This document shows positions 1 through 12,977 of a stretch of 64,000 nt of DNA, piece by piece. Under the pieces are notes generated by a model. It searched no databases. It was not told where the DNA came from and was given only the letters and a program-made list of their open reading frames with translations. This DNA is from Malacoraja senta. Taxonomy: Eukaryota. Location: the NCBI GenBank assembly GCA_038087875.1, contig JAXLNO010000076.1, positions 1 to 64,000 on the forward strand. The letters are read 5' to 3'. Every line of letters starts with the position of its first letter. Position 1 is the first letter of the stretch. The translations under genes and the position numbers were made by a program.

Positions 1-1325
1 CATGATATCGTTTCAGAATACCACTGGAGTGTGGTCGGAGGGTTGGAATCTTTCCATTTAAATAAAATAAATCTTCTGGCAATTAATGTGGTAAAAGCAA
101 TCAACCGATGGGCGGAGCGGGACAAATGAATAGAATCTAACATTGGTAATCCAAAAATTGCAGTAATAGGATGAGGTTGTAAATCTATACCTAAGACTAC
201 AGAAATAGTATCAAAAATTTATTTCCAATATTTATCCAAAAGAGGGCAGGACCAAAACATATGGGTCAGTGATGCCACTTCAGAGTTACATCTATCACAG
301 GTAGGATTTATATGACCATAAAAATAAGCGAACTTATCTTTTGACATATGAGCTCTGTGAACCACCTTGAATTGTATCAAAGCGTGTCTTGCACACATTG
401 AAGAGGTATTAACTAATTGAAGAATCCTCTCCCATTTCTCTATAGATAAAGAAATTTGGAGTTCTCTTTCCCAGTCATTCTTAATTTTATCAAATGCATC
501 TATTTGTAATTTCAAAATCAACTCATAAATAGTCGTTATTAATACTTTCTGATAAGGGTTCAACTGTAAAAAAAAATCCAAAATTTTGGGTTGATGTGGT
601 AGTGGAAAAAGGGGTAGAGTAGCCTTAAAAAAATGTCTAATTTGTAAATATCTAAAAAAGTGTGAATTAGGTAAGTTATATTTATTGGAGAGTTGTTCGA
701 AAGACATAAAACAACCCTCTTAAAACAAATCATGAAAAACTACTAATCCCTTCCTCTTCCATAACAAAAAGACTTGATCAGTACTAGATGGTTGGAAGAG
801 AAAATTGGATAAAATAGGACTCGATAAGATAAAATCATTTAGTCCAAAAAACTTACGAAATTGAAGCCATATTCGGAACGTATGTCTTATTATTGGGTTT
901 GTCGTATATTTATTCAATCTCGTAATTGTAAAAGGTAACAAGGCCCCTAGAATAGAAGCCAATGATAGCCCTTGTAAGGAATCACGTTCTAGGTTTATCC
1001 ATCCAGGACATTGGGTATCTTCTAAATCTTTTGTCCAAAATGTTAAATAACGAACATTGACTGCCCAATTGTAGAGTCCAAGGTTCGGCAATGCCAAACC
1101 ACCAACTTTTTTTGATTTCTGTAGGTATTTTTTACCTAGTCTGGGATTTTTATTCTGCCATATATATGAAGAAATTTTGGAGTCTATAATATCAAAGAAA
1201 GATTTGGCAATAAAAATTGGTATTGTCTGAAATAAATACAGAAATTTAGGCAAAATGAACATTTTAATAGCTTTGATTCGGCCAATTAAGGATAAGGACA
1301 TTGGTGACCATTTAGTAAACTGATT
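1..1325 (-). mobile_element. 5'-truncated L1-clade LINE, 3' part of ORF2 (continues past window start)
   Basis: ORFs 720-1475 and 219-707 (-) contain 'SLIGRIKAIKMFILPKFLYLFQTIP', 'GGLALPN' and the zinc-knuckle 'CDRC...HMFWSC', joined by a frameshift near 710. L1 homology ends near 1325. The protein is clearly divergent from the other L1 ORF2s here. Confidence 0.9.
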
Positions 1326-1388
1326 TCTTATCGTGTAAGAGGAGTTATCGGAAATCCCGCTGATGACGGGGTTTTCCGATACTTTTAA

Positions 1389-2352
1389 ATGCACAAGAAG
1401 AATCCCAAGAATCCCAAGAGACCTGCTACAAGATCTCAAATAAAACAACGAACGATAGAGTTGGATAAAACGCAACTAACAACATCAGAAAGTTCCGAAG
1501 AAGAGACGCAAGCTCTAAATGTAGCTGCAGAAATGGCTGAAAGGGTTGAAAAAGCTGTAAAAGTAAGAGAAAAAGAAATAGAAGAATCTATAACAAAATC
1601 GATAATGAATGAATCTGCTAACATTCTACACGCTGAGATTAACACCCTAGACGAAGGCATGACTCTGAATATGCAGCGTTGGAAGCTTGAAATTATCGAA
1701 GAAATTGGTACTTTAAAAAAACGGATTGATAAAATTGAGACATTTAACTGCAGAAATCGCAAGGGTGGAAAAGGAATGCAAGCAAATGCTGAAAGACACT
1801 ACGAAAGCATTCAGCTCAGCTATGAAAGAAATGGAAATTACGATAAAGGAAATGTCTGACGAGATGAATAGAATGAAAAAAGAACAGCAGATTACCTCGG
1901 GGAAACTGGCCAAAATGTCAGAGAAATGTTTGGACTTGGAAGGCAGCTCACGATGCCAGAATTTAAGGATAGTCGGTGTGAAAGAAGGAAGAGAGACCGG
2001 ATTGGATACCCGGGAATTCACCTCCAACTTACTTCAAAAGGTATTCAACCTGCTTGATAAACCGAAGATAGATATGGCACACCGGGTCCAAAGGGCGCAA
2101 TCGAGGTCAGGAGACCCCCCGAGACAGATCATAGTGAAATTTCACGATATCTCTGTACTGGAAGATATTATGAAGAGAATACCTCATGGAACAACTTTGA
2201 AATTTGAGGATGAGATAATCAGATTCTTCAGGGATTACCCTGCAGAGGTGGTGAAGAAAAGGGATCTGTTTTCAAAGACCAGACTGATTCTGAAAGGAAT
2301 CCCGGGCTTAAGATATGGTATTATGTACCCGGCCAAAATGAAGATCACATAA
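1389..2352 (+). pseudogene. L1 ORF1 (coiled coil + RRM + CTD), frameshifted near 1750
   Basis: 'DLEGSSRCQNLRIVGVKEG', 'IDMAHR', 'PRQIIVKF', 'IRFFRDYP', 'YGIMYPAKMKIT'. Homologous to the ORF at 53601-54596. Confidence 0.88.
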
Positions 2353-3325
2353 GAATTCGGAGCGTGTCTTCATCGACCCAGAAGAGGCATATACATAAGC
2401 AGAAGACCTCGTAAAGAAGGTCAACGGATAAGTAAATCACATGGCTGTCAAGAGACGATTTGGCTATAAACTTTGGTTGAGAAGAAGCTGAGAAAATTTG
2501 ACTTTTGAAGTAACTGATATTTTTAAAAGTCTCTGTTAAGATGGCGTAATTCTTACATGTGACAAAGTCTAGACACTTATCAGTTTTGGAATGTGTAACC
2601 AAGGTTGAATCTGTATTTCGATGAGTAAAAAAGGGAGTCGCAGAACATGTAACAAGCTAAATAAAGGGAGCCGAAATTAACAACTTATTAATAAAAAGAT
2701 TTGTTTGATTATCGACTTACATATAAAGCAATGATTTAACATAGTTTTATTATAGTTTGATTACAGACTAACATATAAAGTAGTGATTTAATATAGTTTT
2801 ATTAATCTAAAATGAATTAGTATAAATAATAGAGTATCATACCACCGGAGGGGGGTGGATGTATTCTAATTTGCTAACGGACTGGTGGATTAGTGGTGGT
2901 GACTTAATTATATTGATTTAAGTTAACTCTATAATAATATACTAATATGGGTGTAACTAATTCGGAAATCTAATTCATGAAATGTCTTATACAAAGTTGA
3001 AATTAGATGGAAGGGAAGTGATTTAAACATGAGGTAATTGGCAAATAGCCAAGAATGTACTTTTGGTTAACACCTTCCAATCTGAAGGAGTACTTTACTG
3101 CAAGACAATGGTTTAGACAATTGTTAGTACATAGTAAATATATATTCACGAAAAGATTTAATTAGATTTAGATGTTGGATGTATCTCTATATACCTTTGT
3201 ATGGACCCCTCCTCCTTCTGATATTACTTGGCAAAGGGAGTGGAGGTAAATGTTTATGAACAACGACGGAAGTCGCAAGAATCATTCTACCACCTTTTGG
3301 TGGATTATTTCTTGCAGTGCAGTGT

Positions 3326-6300
3326 TATTTTACTTCGGAGTCACGTGAGTGACTACGTGAAGAGCCCGTCCAACCGCACACGCGTCATATCGTCAGACGC
3401 ATAGCGTAGTGCCGATGTGTTTTGAGTGAGTAGAGCTCCTCCAAACCGGTAAGTAAAAAGCCTGAAGGTAAGTCTTTACTTACGTTTTCAAGTCGATTTC
3501 TTCAGAGGACTTGTAGTTAGGAAAACACAAGTCAGAATGAAGAAAGGATTTAGAGGTGTACCTCAGGTAACGCAAGAGACCGCGGGTCTGCGAGTAGCGG
3601 GCGCCTTTTTTTAATTTAAAATAAACGGTTAAAAATATTTACCGTTGTAGTGCTATTAGAGTGCATGAGAAATAGGCCGGGTGGTCAGTAGACTGAAAGT
3701 CAGACCGGAGGATCCTGATTCAGGCAGATAGTTAGTTATGTTTAGAACCGCATTGCGAGGCAGCGCAGGGAATGCCTGGGGAATGTCCAGGCTTAGCGTT
3801 GGCCTATAGGAGAGCCAGCGTATGAAGTGCCTGGGGAAGGTCCGGCTTAGCGTTGTCTCTACAGGAGCCAACGCAGGGAGTACCTGGTGGAGGTCCAGGT
3901 TTAGCGTTGGTCTATGGGACCAGCGCATGGAGTGCTTTAAAAGGTCTGGCTCAGCGTTGGCCTAAGGGAGAGCCAGCGCAGTACTTGGGAAAGTCCGGTT
4001 CAGCGCTGGCCTACAGTTGAGCCAGTGTGAGCAATGCCTGGTTAAAGGCATTTTTTATGCATTGGTCTACAGGAGAGCCAGCGCCAACTATGTCTGGAGA
4101 GAACAGTTTAGCGTTGGCCTACAGGTGAGCCAGTGCCAGCAGCACCTGAAAGAGGGCTGCCTATGCATGGGCCTACAGGAGAGCCCGCACGGCGAGCACC
4201 TGGAAAAAGGGTTTACTGTGCGTAGGCCTATGGGAGAGCCAGCGCTAGAAACACCTGAAACAGGATGTCAATTCGCCCCTCCATGAGGAGGTATATTTCA
4301 TACAAAGATTCAGTAAACGAATCATATGAGGACTCGAGCCCAATAACAGAGCCCAAAGGACCAGAATTGGCACAATATATCAAAGTTGTGGTTCCAAAAA
4401 TATCAGGGGAACCATTGGGAGATAAATTAACTATGTCAATAAAATACTTACTCTCCCAGCAGCTCCAAGGTTCTAACCATGTATGAGCTGTCTACAAATA
4501 TGAAACCCGCAGTATTGAGCATTATAAGCAGTCTCAGAGGGGGAGAAGGTGTTGAAATTACTGGTCAGGCATTACGGCTTTTTGACCAATTGTTGGGTGG
4601 AGAGCATGTGTATATATCACAACAAGGTTGAATTAGCACTCATGTGTAGTGCGGACTTTGAAATAAACTGTATTTATAAAAGTGCTATAAGACCTGTTAG
4701 ATACCCTAAGTTTGTGGGCTCTGTACATCATCTAATATATAAATTGCCTAATTAACTGTTTTAGAAAGAATCTAGCCAAAAAAGGAATGATCCTGTGTGA
4801 TTGGCAGATCAAATTAAAGGCAGTTTTCTCTACCAATATGTGGTGACTGGGGATAGTGAAGGATCAAATTGGTCTTTCCCATATGTGCGTTGTAGGCACA
4901 CTCCTCCTGAGGTATGTGGAGGCTACAATATTCCACTAAGATCAGGGAATAACAATTGCCATAGGCAAACCCTGAGGTAGGAGGTCTGGTTCTGTAAGAA
5001 ACATATTAAATGTTTTACAAGTTGGGAAAGATTACAATTCTTGCTAAAAGAATTGCAATTTGATATATTTATACTGTACAGTATTGTGGGGTTTAGAATT
5101 TAATTCTACCCATATTTTGTTTCTCCTACTAAGGTATTTGAAACCGGACACATATTTCTCAAAATAAGAGAATATGTAGATTCAGACAAAACATGAAATA
5201 TTGTGAAAAAGGGATGATTAAAAAGTCAGTTCACCATTACCATCAATTGATGTCAAGTATGTTATGAGAGCAAATAAGGATGGTGGGTGTAGAATTATTC
5301 TAGATCTGACAAGTTTTAACCCTTTTTTGTACAGTGTAATAAACAGTTTGGAACATTTGTCAATGTTATGCAGCCAATTTCAAGAAAATGCATTTTACTG
5401 TGTGACTGTATATGGTAAATAATAATAGATATTTTTAATTTTAGCTGGATGAGTCAATTATGGCAATTTAAAGCATTGTATTAAGGTTTAGTCTCAGCCC
5501 TGAGACTATTTGCCAGGTTGTTGGATCTAATCTTAGTATTATTAAGAACTCAGGGCCATTTGGTAATGGCCTATTTTGATATATTCTGATTGTAGGAAAC
5601 ATTGGGGCTACAACAGAACCACGAGTGTTAAGAATCAAGCACAATTTGGAGATTTATTAACCATCCAGAAAATCTAAACAATTACCAAACACAGTTATTG
5701 ATTATTTGGGTTCCATTATTAAATGAGAACACATGTTTGTGATTCCGCCCAAGGATTAAGGCTGCATTTTAATTGGAAGTTGTGTAAAGTTCATTATAGA
5801 GCACCAACACTCAATTAGGCATTTAATTGGAAGTTGTATTAAGCTCATTGCAGAGCATCAATCCTCAATTAGGCAGGAAGCAAGCCTGCTTTGCAAACTA
5901 TTGCTTATTTTCAGCTGTAGAATGTAGACTGCTGAATTATCAGCATTTACAGTAAGCATGGATAGAGGAATGGAGCATACCATTTTGGACAATTTTGCCA
6001 GGCCATGAATTTGCCAGTTGCAGTTATTACTGGAATATTATAATGAATCATGAGTATCTCAAATGCCTCCAGAGAGATTCTGGTTGAACACCTTCCATTA
6101 TGCTACACACTAATTGTAGTGCTCTAAGTTGGGGTCATACTTATAAGTATTTCCAGCTGTGGAGGTACATGGAATGTGGAGAAAGTACCTTTGATCCAAT
6201 AACAAGGGATCATTAATGAGAGTTTTAGGAACATTTTATGGCCTAAAGCTTATTGCTCTAATATGCAAAGTTTGCATGTTTAGGTATAGATTGACAACAC

Positions 6301-8333
6301 TACGGAATAGAACGTATGTTAATAATTCGAGTGGTATGAGTCAGAATCTTGTAAAGACTGGCTAACGTGATCTGGACCAGGTGTTTACCAGAAATATTTG
6401 TTTGGCAGTCAATCTACGAGGTAGATTCAATATAGTTGCAGACTCAAGGTCATGTAATTCAATGATAATACAGAATGGATGTTGGATCGTGACAAATTTA
6501 ATAATATTATTGCACGATTGATGACTTGTTTGCAATCCAGACTTAACCACCAATTACCTAAATATGTGTCATGGAACCTGATCCTGGGGTAGTAGCGGTG
6601 GATGTTTCTCGCTGCATTGGGGTAGAATGTTTGTATACATCTTCTCCATTTTTGTCTCATTTAGTCAGTATATACAGAAGATCAAACAGGACTCCGCGTC
6701 AGGAGTATTGGAGGTACCAGATTGGATCTACAAAACCATGGTACCCTCAGGTGTTAAAAATGATCACAAAGTCTCTTATGATTTCCCAAACAGAATTAAT
6801 CTGTTTGTGCACCCTATAACTGATGATTCACATCCTTTACATAATTGTATTGGTTTGTTGATTTGCAGATTCTAAGGAGTGCTATATATCGGAAGAGGAC
6901 TATCAGATTGTACTGTGGATATTATTGCAACCTGGAGGGATATTACCCAGAAGTAGTACATTTCTTACATAAGGAAATGGGATATGTTTTGCTTAAAGCA
7001 GAATATTACATATCACACTATAGACATCTCAGTAGTGTTAGAGTTTCTGTAAACTCTTTATTTTATTAGCAGTTAAGCTATAGTGCTATGAATACTGCAA
7101 GGAGTGCCTTTAGTGCATATCTATGGAGAAATCAGAATAAAATCTTGTAGGGTTACACCCTTTCATCTGCAGATTTATGAAAGGAATTTTCAATTCTTAG
7201 CCTCCTAGACACAGGTATACAAAAATCTGGAAGGTAAGAGATGTGTTATGTTTTTTCGTTAATGGACTCCTATTACAGTGCTGTCCTTGACTTAAATTAC
7301 CATTAAGGTAGTCAAGCTCAGGGCACTGGTTTAGCACAGAGAGTGCAAACATTGCAGAAACTATGAATAGACATGATGAAAAGAGCAACAGATACTATTG
7401 TGTTCTATGTCTATGATTGCTTAAACAGAGTAGACCTGAAATCACAGGATGTAAGTTGGGGTTTTCAGCATATCCTACGGATCCACGTCTATATGTGGTA
7501 TCACATTTACAATGTTAGATTGAAGCCACTAGAACCTTAAAGAGGTGCAGTATCAGTATTTTATTAGCCATAAATAACTGCATAAGAAAGTGTCGGTTCA
7601 GACTATTTAAAAATGGCTGAAGCAGGTGTTGCTTGATGCAGGTATTGATACTGACAAATTAAAATCTCATTTCACCAGGGCACCATCAATATTGACGGCC
7701 AAGGAATTGGATGTTCCAACAGAACACATCCTCGTGGCCGCAGGCATAAGTGAAAGAATTTCACAAGTATTACCATAAGGAGATTATAATACCTGTGGTT
7801 ATTTGGTGGTGCTATTTTGGATTTAGTATTATATATTCCTCTTGTGATAAAGGGGTTAGTATTATGGTGATAAATTAACCATTAACTGGTTGCATCCATG
7901 TTGTGGTTATGCATTGTTGATTGCTTTACTTATTTAGAGTCAATCAATGCAGTGAGATGCCTGGATTTGAATCTACGGCGTGAAATCACAGAGCTTTGAA
8001 ATCTTCACGTAGTCACTCACGTGACTCCGAAGTAAAATAGTAAGATTAAACGAGAACTTACCAGTTTGAAGTTTGATCTTTATTTTATGAGGAGTTATGA
8101 TGAGGGATTACGTGCCCTCCGCTCCCACCCTCATAAAAGATCGAGCTGGTAGTTCTAGTCTTTATGTATCTTACTATCATACTTCAGTAATTGTTGTCTG
8201 TAATTTCACTCTGCTGCTTTGAAGATTGACGCATGTGCGGCTGGACGGGCTCTTCACGTAATCCCTCATCGTAACTCCTCATAAAATAAAGATCAAACTT
8301 CAAACTGGTAAGTTCTCGTTTAATCTTACTATT
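3326..8333 (+). mobile_element. DIRS1-type tyrosine-recombinase retrotransposon; complete terminal structure, decayed ORFs
   Basis: Left terminus TATTTTACTTCGGAGTCACGTGAGTGACTACGTGAAGA (3326-3363) is the exact reverse complement of 8002-8039. 8036-8113 is complementary to the right end 8256-8333 (the ICR). Inverted TR similarity between 3355-3387 and 8227-8260. Remnants of RT (~5200-5750), methyltransferase-like domain ('PDPGVVAVD...PWYP', ~6520-6760) and YR ('SHFTRA' near 7670). Confidence 0.92.
3770..4255 (+). repeat. ~50-55 bp degenerate tandem repeat in DIRS 5'/gag region
   Basis: About ten copies of a core like TTAGCGTTGGCCTAYAGGAGAGCCAGCG. Confidence 0.8.
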
Positions 8334-8518
8334 ATCACTGTACTGCAATATCACTTGTTATACTTTTGAATCACTTTTCACGTTTCTGTTTTTTTTTAAG
8401 GATACTCTCTAAAGGGTTGTGCCTAGAATACCAAGAAGAGATAAGTACACACTCCACACCTGGAAGATCAAGGTATTGTGTTGCACCATATGACATAAAT
8501 GTATTAAATTAATTTAAA

Positions 8519-11500
8519 ATGCAAGACATTACACAAAATAAAATAGGTGGAATTACGTTTTGCAGCTGGAACGTAAGGGGTATGAATGATCCAATCAAAA
8601 GGGGTAAGATCTTGGCACAATTAAAATTATTAAATGCCGACATAATCTTCTTACAGGAAACACATTTGAAATTACAAGCGCAGATAAGGCTGAGGGCTAA
8701 TTGGATTGGTCAGACATTCCATTCCTCATATAGTACTAAATCTAGAGGTACGGCAATTATAATTAGAAAAGGTATACCATTTAAACCAAGGAATAAAATA
8801 ATAGACAAAGATGGGAGGTATGTCATAGTTACGGGAGAGATAAACTCGACCTCAGTTACCTTGGTAAATATTTATGCGCCTAACTTTGATAATCCTCAAT
8901 TCTTTAACAAAATTTTGAACTCAATCTCAGACCTTAATTATCAAAATGTGATATTTGGAGGAGATTTCAATTGCGTTCTCGACAATTATCTGGATAAATC
9001 AACACAACGAAAAAGGTTAAACATTAAATCTAAATCTAGTGAGCTCTTAAATACATACATAAAAAATACAAATATCACAGACGTATGGAGGATTGCAAAC
9101 CCAGCTGGACGGGAATATTCCTTCTACTCAATGGTACATAAAACCTATTCACGACTTGACTACTTATTAGTAGATACAAAATTAATTCCATTTACATCAA
9201 ATCCAAAATACCATAGTAGTATCATTTCAGATCATGCGCCATTAACTTTCTTCTTAATAATAGATGGAATGACCAATAAAACATCGCTCTGGAGATTTAA
9301 TCCCCAAATTGTAAACAACCCTCAGGGTTGTGCATATCTAAGACAACAGATGGAATTTTTTTTTTAGACCAATGATACACCAGGTATATCACTCTCATTA
9401 TTATGGGAATCGTTTAAGGCATTTATCAGAGGATCGATAATTTCATATCAAGCGTTTCAAAATAAAAAAAATAAGATGGAACAATTGAATTTAGAAGAAA
9501 AAATTAGACAATTGGACTTAGACAACGCCAAAGACCCAACTATGGATAAACATAATAAGATATTAATATTGAAATTTAAATTGAATAGAATCTTATCTGA
9601 AAGAATCATTAGACTATTCCAAATTACAAAACAGGAACATTTTGAATTCGGTGACAAGCCACATAAACTCCTGGCACGACAAATGAAAAAACGGGAATAG
9701 GATCATATGATTCCAAAAATTAGGTCAGATAAAGGGGAATTGATAACACTACCCAAAGATATTAACAAAAGATTTGCACAATTCTATCAACATTTATATA
9801 CATCAAAAACATCAACAGATAGTATCAAAATCACAAATTTTTTGGAAAAGTATAATCTCCCAAAACTTAATGTGATGGAACAGGAAGAATTAGGAGCTCA
9901 AATTTCAATTAAGGAAATAGAAGAGTCAATAAAGTCTTTGAAGAACGGTAAAACCCCTGGACCGGATGGATTTAGTAATGAATTCTATAAATAAATTTAT
10001 GAAATAATTTCTCCATGCTTACAGAAACTTTACACATATGCATTCAACGAACAGAAATGACCAGAAACACTAGCGGAGTCGACTATAACACTAATACCTA
10101 AAAAGGATAAGGATCTAGAGGACCCCGGGTCATATAGAGCCATTGCATTATTAAATACAGATCGGAAAATATTAGCTAAAACCTTAGCAAGAAGACTAAG
10201 TAAACATGTTAGTAAATTAATAAACCCGGATTAAACGGGGTTTATACCTAAGAGACATTCATTTAATAATTTGAGACGTCTTTTTAACATAATGTATTCA
10301 TATAAGATAGAAGAGGAAGTCTTATCAATTATTTCATTGGATGCAGAAAAAGCATTCGATCAGGTGGAATGGGAATACCTTTTTAAAGTATTACAAAAAT
10401 TTCAAATGGGAGATAATTTTATCCTATGGATAAAATTACTATATGATAAGCCAACGGCTAGAATACTGACTAATAACATACTATCCCCGAAATTTCAACT
10501 ATCCAGGGGCAATAGACAGGGATGTGTTTTATCACCCCTTCTATTTGACCTGGCCATAGAGCCCTTAGCAGAAAATATAAGAATGCACCCTAATATTCAC
10601 GGTTACAATACTAAAAACTCTAATAATTAAATATCATTATATGCAGATGATGTATTATTATACATTACAAAATCACAAATTAGCATACCAAATTTATTAA
10701 ATTTAATAGAAGAATTTGGTTCCTTTTCAGGATATAGAATAAATTGGAATATAAGCGAAATAATGACGATAAAACCTCAAGAGTCAACACATCTTTTAAA
10801 ATACCCTTTTAGAATTACTACAGAAAGATTTAAATATTTGGGTATTCAAATTACTAGAAAATATAAATCTCTATTCAACGCAAATTACTTGCCCTTACTT
10901 ACTAAATTACAAACGTCGATCCAATTTTGGAAAACACTACCGATGTCTTTAATAGGCAGAAGCAATGCCATTAAAATGATTTTCCTTCCACATATACTGT
11001 ATTTATTCCAATCAATACCTACATATATACCTAAAAACTTAAAATAAAAAATGGACTCATACATTACAAATTTCATATGGGACTATAAATCCCATAGAAT
11101 TCAAAGCAGACATTTATGCAAACCGAAAGAATACGGTGGACTCACACTTCCCAATTTTATGTTCCACCATTGGGCAGTGAACATTAAAAATATAATGTAC
11201 TGGTTGGACAGTTCAACACAACAGGCAGAATGGACAATAATGGAGAAGGAGGATTGCACTCCTTTTAATATAGGAGCGATCCTTTTCTCCCCAATAAAAC
11301 TGAAGAACACAATATATAAGAGAAACCCGATGATTCACAGCACAATACGAATTTGGAGACAAATAAAATCCTCTCTTAAATTAAGAAACCTTTCGCTTAT
11401 CTCACCGATAGCTAACAACCCAGCGTTTAAGCCATCGACTATTGACAAAACGTTTACTCTCTGGGAATGATTAGGAATTAAGACTTGGGAAGATTTGTAT

Positions 11501-12309
11501 GAAGTGGGAAAACTTTTATCATTCCAAGATTTACAGCTTAAATATAATTTGGAAAGTAACCAATATTTTAGATACTTACAAACCCGAGATTATTTGAAAA
11601 AACACTCACAAGATTATCAAAATTTGAAATTGGACCCTCTAGAGCAAGGCATGAATAGACACGTAGAATTGGATCACTTAACCGTATTTTTATAATACTA
11701 TTTTAAATATAGATATACCTTCGACAGAAGGTATAAGAAAAGAATGGGAACAAGAATTGTCTATAGAAATTCCCAAGGACAGATGGGAAGATTATTTGTT
11801 ATATGTACACAAATGTTCGATTAACGTTAGACATACATTGATCCAATTTAAAATTGTACACAGATTATATTACTCAAAAACAAAACTAAATAATGTTTTT
11901 CCAAATGTCTCTCTCATCTGTGATAAGTGTTTAACTCAGGAGGCAAAATAGCACACTCATTTGTTTCCTGTGCGAAACTTCAGAAATTTTGGAAGGAAAT
12001 TTTTGAAAGCTTTTCAAAAATATTTAAATGAAGACTGGACCCAAATATACAGAATTGATTATCTTCGGAGCAATGGAAGCCTGTTCTGAACCAACTATAT
12101 TTCAAAGATGTTTTCTAAACTATGGTTTGATAACGGCAAAAAAACATATATTTAAATTCTGGAAAAACGCTCCTATCCCAACGTTCAAAATGTGGATCAC
12201 AAATATGTCGGAAATATTACATCTCGAGGAAATGAGACTCGTTCTAGCAGGAAAACAAGAACAATTCTCAAGAATATGGTCACCTTTCATTGACCTGTTA
12301 CAAGTGTAA
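8519..12309 (+). pseudogene. L1 ORF2 (APE endonuclease, RT, zinc knuckle) with several stops and frameshifts
   Basis: 'SWNVRG', 'FLQETH', 'GGDFN', 'SRLDY', 'SDH', 'KTPGPDGF', 'SLDAEKAFD', 'RQGCVLSPLLF', YADD at ~10639. Colinear with the intact ORF2 at 48591-52382. Confidence 0.93.
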
Positions 12310-12977
12310 TATGGTGCAACACAACCCTGGAAAGTAATTGTTTTAGAACTAGGTGATGGGTGTGAATCGTTATGAATTAGGCACATTCCCTTTATTTTTT
12401 GTTTAGCTCTACCGTCTTTGGATTCTTACTTATTTCCTTTCTTTTCTTAAGGCCCTCTTCTCTTTGGGGCTTTTTTTTTTTCACACTTTCAAGCACGCTG
12501 TTTATCTAACCATCATCATTCATTTAACGCCAACTACTGCGGACTACACTCCACTACTATCCTCATTCTTCTCTTCTTTCTCTTTTCTCTTTTTCTATTA
12601 CTGGTTAAAGTTAAAAAAAAAGAAGTTGTACACGAAATGTATTATGTTGCATATCATGTTTAAGATGTATGTACATTGCTTCTAATAAAAATAAATACAA
12701 ATAAAGTAGCTTAGATCTGTTTGGTCCATTAACTCGCAGGCACTTTTTAAACGCACATTTTGATTACTTTCCATTTTACCATAGAGATATTAAGTCTATA
12801 ATTGACTTTATTTGTATTTCTATGATTCTACAGACCTTGGCTGGGAACCTGGGGCTCACCCAAATTGTTCCCAATTGGGCCCCGCACATCCTAAGGCCGG
12901 CCCTGGTCACAGGGAGAACGTACAAACTGTGCACAACACCGACAGTCAGGATCGAACCCGGGTCTCTGGCGCAGTAA

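Larger units (their letters stand above)
1330..12705 (+). mobile_element. Decayed near-full-length L1 LINE interrupted by a DIRS element
   Basis: Contains a 5'UTR remnant, ORF1 1389-2352, a long spacer, ORF2 8519-12309, a pyrimidine-rich 3'UTR, and AATAAA plus an A-rich tail at ~12684-12705. Ends approximate. Confidence 0.9.

Noticed and set aside
1..2352. Twin-priming inversion at the window start
   Set aside because: The plus L1 has its own complete 3' end at ~12700, and the minus fragment belongs to a divergent subfamily.
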